NCBI GenBank assembly: GCA_044440125.1
Contig: JBITAJ010000018.1
Coordinates: 64,001-128,000 of the forward strand
Source of the DNA: Sedimentisphaeraceae bacterium JB056
GTDB taxonomy: Bacteria; Planctomycetota; Phycisphaerae; Sedimentisphaerales; Sedimentisphaeraceae
Direction: 5' to 3'
Length of the DNA stretch: 64,000 nucleotides
Numbering within the stretch: the stretch's first letter is position 1; each line of letters starts with the position of its first letter. Shown one piece after another: positions 30,501 through 37,850 of this stretch. The position numbers and the translations under genes are program-made. Under the pieces are notes generated by a model. It had not been told where the DNA came from, did not search any database, and saw nothing but the letters and a program-made list of their open reading frames with translations.

Positions 30501-30628
30501 ATGATTTTGATGGTGATGGCTGGGATGATTTAATGATTGGAGAAGAGACCGGTTGGGTTTGCTGCTATAATCGCAGCCTATTTGAAGATAAATCACGGTT
30601 TGTGAATATACCTATGGATATTGAATAA
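27572..30628 (+). CDS. Secreted LamG + FG-GAP/VCBS-repeat protein
   Basis: Signal-like N-terminus from ATG 27572. LamG motifs (KWVYV...KLFVNG...YIG...LNGMIGEL). At least 7 D(W/I/M/L/F)(D/N)GDG..D repeats and IQGPSEARWGY. Confidence 0.75.
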   Translation: MYLVLRRFQFTFLILFIAALTCHSSIASEVVWNFDNSTDCEGLCSVIAERNVDFAEGFGGKTAAKFGGESFLKVSLDELNIDNQLTIEALIKIEKSVDGIGNYIISACSSKAPDTLQYGLRLTDGCLQFVMRFKKAEGFSYKGVQTTASLPLDKWVYVCAVKSDSEMKLFVNGSLKATRTIDAHLLDADVLYIGQENSGSRLQRSLNGMIGELKLISSAESDRSIAQEYSEISSDFLGIKSVGKTHYFSFKVPEKDPRFPDGPSRLKLDFNYLEAVLGESINLDPETIKLVKWNKTDNLPLKEVDFRRTYDLQNSSAIIYWNTEQYFNFAVEISEYSFEQESLKQNIPMIGAGEPISVGSNDFYADLGQGLAGYPIVLDWDGDKDMDLIVSFVIPRRIFLFENIADDINCEPVFDAPVMIWQGKSLLTFDVSQEPDGGIYAFTVKKKNAGLLWESEQKPFIELQISKSVEEFGEAVLKDINSVKVFGLPAAANVFEISMQDINGDGVNDLVMGVLEGIWWWPDGLTPWNGGIGNPKVGYGKGYDKTNKWLGKPPIGSVYIAVNNGSNVSPQFTEAQLLKVDDEPITMPTTQMSPSFVDMNGDGSLDLLLAVGVDKILLYENFSKDKNTLKLTMPVNALKETAVSKWSYFDSRFEITDWDNDNNTDIIMCSNPGVVVKCSIDNGKLSEDKILKCRGGNLWADSLVVPSIADLNQDGKWDVITGDASGYLSYFANVGTNSEPLFASREKLYAGGREFHPIAAYSGSIQGPSEARWGYLAPNACDWDGDGDIDILTSDITGYVYWLCNMAEEKGEYKFSDPIALEVGSWPLKVRWRTRPCVIQGESSLNMITTDEDGYLALYERNPIMGKSNLKKAQRLLDEAGNEIKIDGPGGYNGRNKLYSIDWNRDGVMDIVCGQAGRSGISKNLKFDMPREPRATVAVLINSGSNDVPVYKTAQTLKLANGENIYFGTHSCAPAVYDFDGDGWDDLMIGEETGWVCCYNRSLFEDKSRFVNIPMDIE

Positions 30629-30661
30629 GTTTATACTTGTTAACAGCAATTGAAAGATATT

Positions 30662-31606
30662 ATGATGAATAGTGAAATTAAAGACGGCATTTGGCCTGTG
30701 ATGGTTACACCTTTTGATGAAGGAATGAATGTTGTTTATGATACAGTGGATCATATTGTTGATTTTTATTATAACAACGGATGTGCAGGTGTTTTTGCTA
30801 CGTGTCTTACAAGTGAGGTAGCGGATCTGTCGTATGATGAGATACTCGAACTTGTCAAGGCAACTGTCAAATCTGCGAGTGGACGCTTGCAGGTTGTAGG
30901 TGGTGCGATACTTTTTGAAAATGTTGAAAGACAGATAGAACTTGTAAAACATGTTTATGATTGTGGTGCTCATGCTGTTGTCGTTGCGGCAAGTCAATTG
31001 TGCGGCAAAAATGACAGTGTTGATACATTCAAGGCTAACATCACAAAATTAATGGATGAGACAGGAGATATTCCTTTGGGTATGTATGAGTGTCCATTCC
31101 CTTATCACAGGATTCTTTCGCCGGAAACTTATTTGTGGCTTGCCAAGACAGGACGCTTTGTGTTTCATAAAGATACCTGTTGCAACATTGATGGTATCAA
31201 AGAAAAACTTACGCTTTCGGCCGGTACAAAGATGAAATTTTTCAATGCTCATTGTGCAACATTGCTCGACTCTTTAGCTTGCGGTGGTAATGGCTATTGC
31301 GGTGTTGGTACAAACTATTATCCTGAAATTTTCAGTTGGCTTTTTGAAAATTACAATTCTGCTGATCCGGCACTTGTGAAGAAAGTTTACGATTTTGCCA
31401 AGGATTCTGAATCTTACTATGATCTTTGCGATGCCTATCCGGCCACAGCTAAGGAATTGCTGAAAAATCGTGGTATTGATATAGAGGATTATTGCAGAAT
31501 TAAAACAGGTAAGCTTGATAAGATTGCATGTGAACAATTACAGCAATTGGCTGAAAAAATAGTCCATATTAGAGAAAGCTTCAATACATATTGCTGTGCG
31601 GTATAA
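30662..31606 (+). CDS. DHDPS/N-acetylneuraminate lyase-family class I aldolase, paralog 2
   Basis: GIWPVMVTPF, GVFATCLTSE, MYECPFPYHR, FHKDTCC, CGGNGYCGV. Confidence 0.85.
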   Translation: MMNSEIKDGIWPVMVTPFDEGMNVVYDTVDHIVDFYYNNGCAGVFATCLTSEVADLSYDEILELVKATVKSASGRLQVVGGAILFENVERQIELVKHVYDCGAHAVVVAASQLCGKNDSVDTFKANITKLMDETGDIPLGMYECPFPYHRILSPETYLWLAKTGRFVFHKDTCCNIDGIKEKLTLSAGTKMKFFNAHCATLLDSLACGGNGYCGVGTNYYPEIFSWLFENYNSADPALVKKVYDFAKDSESYYDLCDAYPATAKELLKNRGIDIEDYCRIKTGKLDKIACEQLQQLAEKIVHIRESFNTYCCAV

Positions 31607-31678
31607 ATTATATCAGTGCGTATTACTGAATTTAATTTTGCCGTGAATATATAATTTGTTTAATGGATAATTTTGCTG

Positions 31679-33181
31679 ATGCTATCACTTATAATTCGTC
31701 CTTTGGATATTGCTGTCATTCTTTTGTTTTTGGTAGGAATGGCGGCAGTAGGTGTATATTTTGCGACCCGTAACAAAAGTACTGAGGATTATTTTCTCGG
31801 TAATCGCTCGTTTCCGGGATGGGCTATCGGTCTTTCAATGCTTGGAACGTCGATAAGCTCCGTAACTTTTCTTGCTTTGCCCGCTGCTGCGTTTGTTCTT
31901 GATTATAGAAATATTGTGCCCAATCTTATGCTGCCTTTTGTAGCGGTTGCGGCTATATTGATTTTTATACCTATTTTCAGGAAAGGTCGAATTACTTCGG
32001 CTTTTGAATATCTTGAAGGAAGGTTTGGGCATTTAATACGTCTTTACGCTTCTTTAAGTTTTATTGTCTTGCAGCTTCTCAGGCTAAGTACGGTTCTTTA
32101 TCTTGTATCAATACCTATTTCGATTTTGACAGGTCAGTCTATAATACTTGTCGTAATAGTTGGTGGTGTATTCATTGGCTTCTACACCGTGCTTGGAGGT
32201 TTCGAAGCTGTTATCTGGACGGATGTTGTTCAGACACTTATTCTGCTTCTCGGCGGCATACTTTGTTTTATTTCAATAATGACCGCTCTTCCTGAAGGTT
32301 TGCCGCAGATATTTGAAATAGGCCGAGAATACGATAAATTCAGCATAGGTCCGATTGAATGGGGTCTCAACCAGAGAACGTTCTTTGTTATGGCAATCAT
32401 GGGGCTTATAAGTTTCACTACAGAATATTCAAGCAATCAGAATGTTATACAACGATATCTTGCCGCAAAAACAATGAAAGAAGCGAGAAAGGCAACTTTG
32501 TTGTGTGCGGTTATGAGTGTTCCGATGTGGCTGTTGTTTTTCTTTCTCGGTACATGTCTGTTTGTTTACTATAAGGTTTACCCTTCACAGGCAGTGACTG
32601 AGATGAATGCTGACCAGATATTGCCTTATTTTATACTCACGAAGATTCCGGCAGGTGTGGCCGGTCTTATAGTAGCGGCTTGTCTGGCGGCAGCGATGTC
32701 TTCGCTTGATTCGTCGATAAATTCAATCGCTACGATATTTACAGTTGACGTTCTTAAGCGTTACCTTGCGAAAAATGCCGATGATGCTTATTATCTTGCA
32801 AAGGCTAAATTGGTTTCTATGGCTGCCGGTGTTCTGATGATTCTCGGTGCAATTGCCTTTGACAACATACCTCGTGAAAGCATGGTTGATTTAGGTTTTA
32901 TACTTAACTCGGTGTTTGGCGGTTGTGTGCTTGGAATTTATATGCTTGGTTTCTTTGCTAAAAGAGTTGGTTATAAAGCCATACTTATCGGAACTGCTTC
33001 AGCTATAATTGTTAATATTTATCTGATGATGAATTATTTCGGTTGGCTGCCGCAGACGTTAAGTGTAAATGTACATGCTTATGCTACGGTGCTTATTGTT
33101 AATGCCGTTCTTATTGTGGTTTCATTGCTTGTCTCTTTTATCTCATCTCCTGAGAGTGAGATTGAATTAGCGGCAGCTTGA
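31679..33181 (+). CDS. Sodium:solute symporter (SSS), paralog of 6819..8339
   Basis: EDYFLGNRSFPGWAIGLSM, SAFEYLEGRFG, AVIWTDVVQ, NQNVIQRY, AAMSSLDSSINS. Confidence 0.9.
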   Translation: MLSLIIRPLDIAVILLFLVGMAAVGVYFATRNKSTEDYFLGNRSFPGWAIGLSMLGTSISSVTFLALPAAAFVLDYRNIVPNLMLPFVAVAAILIFIPIFRKGRITSAFEYLEGRFGHLIRLYASLSFIVLQLLRLSTVLYLVSIPISILTGQSIILVVIVGGVFIGFYTVLGGFEAVIWTDVVQTLILLLGGILCFISIMTALPEGLPQIFEIGREYDKFSIGPIEWGLNQRTFFVMAIMGLISFTTEYSSNQNVIQRYLAAKTMKEARKATLLCAVMSVPMWLLFFFLGTCLFVYYKVYPSQAVTEMNADQILPYFILTKIPAGVAGLIVAACLAAAMSSLDSSINSIATIFTVDVLKRYLAKNADDAYYLAKAKLVSMAAGVLMILGAIAFDNIPRESMVDLGFILNSVFGGCVLGIYMLGFFAKRVGYKAILIGTASAIIVNIYLMMNYFGWLPQTLSVNVHAYATVLIVNAVLIVVSLLVSFISSPESEIELAAA

Positions 33182-33210
33182 TAATTATTCGATATATAAA
33201 AAATGACGAA

Positions 33211-34166
33211 ATGGAGTTTTTATGCTTTGCGAAAAGAAATATATAGTTGAGAGATACAAGGGCAATCCTATTCTGACAAAGGATGATTTTCCGAATGACA
33301 TTGTTTCTGTTTTCAACAGTTGTGTTGTAAAGAAAAGTGATAATGAATACGTGATGGTTTGCCGTTGTGAGGATTCATCATTCGGCAGATATATGTGGGT
33401 TGCAGACAGCACTGACGGAATAAAATTTACTCCGCGTCCAAAACCTCTTGCTATGCCTACTGATAATCCGATTTTCAATCAGTATGTTCATCCTACCAAA
33501 TCCTATTGGGATCCTCGCATTACAAAAATTGAAGATCAGTATTATATCGTTCATGCCGCTGATGTTACCAATGGTGCAAGTTGCCAGATAGGTCTGTTCA
33601 AGATTGATGATAATTTTGAGAAACTCGACTGGATGGGAATTATCAGTGAACCGGATAACCGCAACGGCTTATTGTTTCCAGAAAAGATAAGCGGTCTTTA
33701 TTATCGTCTTGACCGTCCAAACGATAACGGCGGGTTTGATATCTGGTGTTGTTCAAGTCCGGACTTGGTTCACTGGGGCAATCCAAGACGCGTACTTGAT
33801 AAGAGTCCTCTGGGCTGGGGTGAAAAGAAAATCGGTCCCGGTGCTGTGCCTATCAAAACAGATAAAGGCTGGCTGTGTCTTATTCACGGCGTGAGAAGAC
33901 AATGCACCGATGAAGTTTACAGTATCGGTGTGATGCTTCTTGATCTGGAAGATCCATCAAGAGTTGTCGGTGTAAGTAAGAGGGCGATAATAGCCCCTGA
34001 AGAGCCTTATGAACTGATGGGACAAAGCATGAATGTCGTGTTTACCAACGGTGCAGTACTTGAAGATGACGGCACAGTGAAAATCTACTACGGCGGAGCA
34101 GATCAGGTGCAGTGTCTGGCAACAGCAAAACTCGATGACCTTATCTACTCATGCCTGAATGAGTAA
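33211..34166 (+). repeat. Direct repeat of 21224..22179 (RBS plus GH130 CDS)
   Basis: Both copies begin ATGGAGTTTTTATGCTTTGCGAAAAG and end TACTCATGCCTGAATGAGTAA. Flanks are unrelated. Confidence 0.95.
33222..34166 (+). CDS. GH130 beta-mannoside phosphorylase/glycosidase, copy 2
   Basis: Differs from copy 1 at 14 of 314 residues by my manual count. Confidence 0.9.
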   Translation: MLCEKKYIVERYKGNPILTKDDFPNDIVSVFNSCVVKKSDNEYVMVCRCEDSSFGRYMWVADSTDGIKFTPRPKPLAMPTDNPIFNQYVHPTKSYWDPRITKIEDQYYIVHAADVTNGASCQIGLFKIDDNFEKLDWMGIISEPDNRNGLLFPEKISGLYYRLDRPNDNGGFDIWCCSSPDLVHWGNPRRVLDKSPLGWGEKKIGPGAVPIKTDKGWLCLIHGVRRQCTDEVYSIGVMLLDLEDPSRVVGVSKRAIIAPEEPYELMGQSMNVVFTNGAVLEDDGTVKIYYGGADQVQCLATAKLDDLIYSCLNE

Positions 34167-34275
34167 AAGTATATAATTTTGAATTTTAAGATAATACCGA
34201 TAAAATGTTTACGCTGAATATTGAGAATGATTGGAAGCGTTTAAATTTCTTGTCGGTGAATTAAGAAAGACTGCT

Positions 34276-37200
34276 ATGAATAGAAAAATGTTTTTAACAA
34301 TTTTGATGTTTTTATTCACTGCAGCAGGGTTTGTTTTTGCCCTGCCTGTTTCAGATGTGTTGAATGATGGGCAGGGTGATTTTGATCCATGGAATCAGAC
34401 TCGGTGGTCTGCCTGGTATGAAAACGGCAAAATCGTTCATTATTTTGAAATCGACTGCTCTCTAACATTTGCATCCCGAACAACTGACTGGGAAGTTGAT
34501 CTTTCAGAGCTTGAAGGTTCGTTGCCAAGATTATTTATAATAGATGATAATGAGTCTATTATAATCAATGGTAATGGTGTTGTTATTGATGCGAGATTGG
34601 AGCATACAAAGTCATGGTCTTTACAGTATCTATATACTAACTATGTGAGTACAACTGAAGATTTTGGCTCATGGCGTGCATTCCTATTCAGACAGAATGG
34701 AGATACCCCCGAAGGTGATGAAGGCTCTTTGCTTTATGATATAACGCTTAAAGGTTTTCTTAATGCGATAGAATATGATCATTCTCATAACAGGAAGGTG
34801 ACAATAAACAACTGTAATCTGATAAGAAATGTATGGGGTGTATTCCCGAGAGGAGCCAATGGCAGTGTTACAAACTGTACATTGAGTGAAAACCATCTTG
34901 GCGGGTTTTATTGTGAATATAATTCCCATAACTGGACGATAAGTAATAATACGTTTAAAGATAACAATATAAGAGGTGCGGTCTCTTATGGTGATATAGT
35001 TCTTGACGCCTGTTACGGCAATACTATATCAGACAACCAGTTTCTTGCTTCTTCATATACGCCCAGAGATTATCATACTGCAATCTCTCTTTACCGTAAT
35101 AGAGGTGAAAGTGGAGATATTCGTGAATATGCAAGTAAAGATCATGTTATGGAGCGTAATACTTTCGACTCCTATCATATCGCGATAGATTTCAGTCCAA
35201 GAGAAGCGATGGAAGGCAATAACGATCAGTCAGGTGAATATAGATGCTATACAAATGATAATACAGTTAAGGATTGTACTTTTACTGATTGTAATATAGG
35301 AATCTGTGTTCGCAGTCATTTCAATATCTTTGACAGCAATACGTTCACGAATGTTGAAAAAGATATTGTTCTGTTCAATTTGTTTTATAAGCTGATAAAT
35401 AATGCTATTACAAATCAGCCTGGTACTAATGTTTATTTGTGGTCTAAAGCAAGTGATTATTCAGGCTATGAAGATTATGTCCCTTACGGTATGGGAGTAG
35501 GCAGTGCAATTGGTGAGTCAGATAAATTGTATTTCATTATTTCTGACGGTAGTGCTGCGATTAATGGCGGTGATCTGGAGCAAGTGATAGTTTCTGATTC
35601 TCTACTTATACCTGATCCTGGAGATTTTAATGAGGATATGGCAATAGATGAAACCGATCTTGAGAGTTTCTGCAGTTATTGGCTCAACGAAGATTGTGTT
35701 AATAGTCCGCAATGTGTGTTTGCTGATATTGACAAAAATAATTTGATAAATATTTTTGATTATTCAAATTTTGCAGGCAGATGGGGACTTGGCAATGATT
35801 TGCAAAATGCTTATTCCGCAGGAGGTGAACCTGTTGATGTTGCAGTTGGTGATTTTGCTTATTATCTTGAAGGAGATGAAATTGCTGTAATATGGGATCA
35901 GCCTATATCAGATATCAATGGCACTGAATATTATTCTATTATAATTTACGATGCAAAGGGACTTGAACTTGACAGGTGCGGCAGATCAACAAAAAGATGG
36001 TCGAAAATTGCTGCCGGTAATTTTATAGAAGACACAGGATATATTCAGGTTGATGAGAATTATGAAATTGCCGCGGTTTCTTCGGAGGCAGATGAAAACG
36101 GTTACTACCCTGTGTATGTTTTTCGTAAAGGTTGGCTTGATCCTTCTGTGAGTATGCTTACTTCAAATATCTATCCGGTCGCAGATATTACATCGGGTAA
36201 TTTTGAAACATCTATTGATGATTATGATGAGCTTGCCGTTATATTTGCAAATACAGATACTAATATTGAATTTGTCAAACCTTCTTCGACCCAATGGAGC
36301 AGTCAAACGACAAACAGCGTTTTTCTTAACTCTATAGCTGCCGGTAATTTTGATTGGATAACGGGTGTTGATGAAGTGGCTGCTGACTTGAGAGCCGATC
36401 CTTCTACAAAACTTGTAGCAGCGTGGGATTTTGAAGATACTCTCGGCGGTGTGCTTAAAGATAAAGCGCCTGCCGGTGATGCGGCTGATGATCTTGAGAT
36501 TTTAGGACAGATTGCCATAGCAGATGGTGTTGCTACAATCAGTTATCAAAATCAGGCGGCTTTGAGGGCTGCTGATTCACAGGACCTTGATTTGAAAAAG
36601 AGCTTTACTATATGGGTAAGGGCTAAGGTTGTAAATGAACCTGTTGGTTATGTGTCGCTGGTTGATAAAAGACAGTTTTCATCACCTGAGCAGAGATCTT
36701 ATGTGTTCCTTATCAATCATCCATCGACTACAGCGAGTGGTTCTGTACCGGGATTCTTTGGTATTGGAGGACAGATAAGTGAGGATGGAGATAATGGAGA
36801 TAATTCCTTTGCAGATACTGACGGCAGCGAAATGATTCAGACAGGAGTGATGGTTGAATTGGTAATGCTGTGTGAGGCGAGAGGCGATCTTCATGTGAAG
36901 TGGCTTGCTTCTACTGTATCTGATCCTTCGGATTCTTCGCAGTGGCAGGTTGTTAATGAAGAGACTTACAATGAAAATGTTGAGTCTATTTTCAACAGCA
37001 GTGTTGATCTTTATATCGGTAATAATCTCAATCTTGATAATCCTCTGGCAACTATTGATTATGATGAGGTGAGGATTTATAATGACGCCTTGACTGTTGA
37101 AGAGCTTGCTGATATAGAGCCGTCTCAGCCGCAGAATGTTGCAATTACTTCTTATCCGATTTATATGTATAAAGTTGGAGCAAGCGGAAGTTACGGTGTT

Positions 37201-37605
37201 ACGGCTTCGGCGAATGATATTCCTCTGGCAGCAGTAAGCGGCGGCAATTTTGATGGCGGAGGATTGCCAAAAGATGAGATAGCCGTAGCAGCGGCAGTTG
37301 CCGAAGACGGTGTGTATCCGATCAGGTATTATTCTGCGGGTGCTTCAAGCCCGTTTAAGGTAGGTTCTTATAACGCAATGAATATAAAGCCGTTAGCGTT
37401 TGATAATGGTGATTTTACTGTGAGTGAAGAATTGACTGTATATGAAAGCTGTCAGGGAGAAGATTGTGATACTGTAAACAGTTGGGGAGATTTCCTTCTT
37501 GTGTTTCCCTCAAACCCGGAAATTGATTCCTACAGACCGCTCTATTGGCTTAATTGCAATACATCTTCGAGTACATACCATAGAACAGTTCCGGTCTTAA
37601 GATAA
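34276..37605 (+). CDS. Secreted right-handed beta-helix + dockerin-like + FG-GAP-like propeller protein with an inserted LamG domain
   Basis: Signal peptide from ATG 34276. Asn-ladder repeats (NWTISNNTF, NTISDNQF, NIFDSNTF), two EF-hand repeats at ~35620-35787, IAAGNF...DEIA repeats, and LamG (AAWDFE...LYIGN...YDEVRIYNDAL). Confidence 0.7.
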   Translation: MNRKMFLTILMFLFTAAGFVFALPVSDVLNDGQGDFDPWNQTRWSAWYENGKIVHYFEIDCSLTFASRTTDWEVDLSELEGSLPRLFIIDDNESIIINGNGVVIDARLEHTKSWSLQYLYTNYVSTTEDFGSWRAFLFRQNGDTPEGDEGSLLYDITLKGFLNAIEYDHSHNRKVTINNCNLIRNVWGVFPRGANGSVTNCTLSENHLGGFYCEYNSHNWTISNNTFKDNNIRGAVSYGDIVLDACYGNTISDNQFLASSYTPRDYHTAISLYRNRGESGDIREYASKDHVMERNTFDSYHIAIDFSPREAMEGNNDQSGEYRCYTNDNTVKDCTFTDCNIGICVRSHFNIFDSNTFTNVEKDIVLFNLFYKLINNAITNQPGTNVYLWSKASDYSGYEDYVPYGMGVGSAIGESDKLYFIISDGSAAINGGDLEQVIVSDSLLIPDPGDFNEDMAIDETDLESFCSYWLNEDCVNSPQCVFADIDKNNLINIFDYSNFAGRWGLGNDLQNAYSAGGEPVDVAVGDFAYYLEGDEIAVIWDQPISDINGTEYYSIIIYDAKGLELDRCGRSTKRWSKIAAGNFIEDTGYIQVDENYEIAAVSSEADENGYYPVYVFRKGWLDPSVSMLTSNIYPVADITSGNFETSIDDYDELAVIFANTDTNIEFVKPSSTQWSSQTTNSVFLNSIAAGNFDWITGVDEVAADLRADPSTKLVAAWDFEDTLGGVLKDKAPAGDAADDLEILGQIAIADGVATISYQNQAALRAADSQDLDLKKSFTIWVRAKVVNEPVGYVSLVDKRQFSSPEQRSYVFLINHPSTTASGSVPGFFGIGGQISEDGDNGDNSFADTDGSEMIQTGVMVELVMLCEARGDLHVKWLASTVSDPSDSSQWQVVNEETYNENVESIFNSSVDLYIGNNLNLDNPLATIDYDEVRIYNDALTVEELADIEPSQPQNVAITSYPIYMYKVGASGSYGVTASANDIPLAAVSGGNFDGGGLPKDEIAVAAAVAEDGVYPIRYYSAGASSPFKVGSYNAMNIKPLAFDNGDFTVSEELTVYESCQGEDCDTVNSWGDFLLVFPSNPEIDSYRPLYWLNCNTSSSTYHRTVPVLR

Positions 37606-37619
37606 ATTATAAATAGATA

Positions 37620-37655
37620 TTTGCCGCTATGGAGGTTTGGTTTTCATGCGGCAAA
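37620..37655. terminator. Hairpin after 34276..37605 (terminator or mRNA stabiliser)
   Basis: TTTGCCGC(T)ATGGAG...TTTCATGCGGCAAA. Confidence 0.5.
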
Positions 37656-37850
37656 GAGTGGCCATTCTATAACAGATGTCTTTGGTTCCTGATTTCAATC
37701 ATGGTTCTTGCGGCATCGTCATGCTAAAAGCTGTCAGATAGCAGGTTTTCTGTTTCGATAAACAGATTACTACAGATGAAGTGCGCTTTGTTGTTTAGTG
37801 GGTATTATATACCCGGTTGGATTATTAAATTTAATGTTAAGGAGATTGCT

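Noticed and set aside
37749..37814. Short palindromes TCTGTTT-CGAT-AAACAGA and GGGTAT-TAT-ATACCC as a riboswitch or sRNA
   Set aside because: I recognise no riboswitch consensus, and the stems are too short to support a call without a covariance search.
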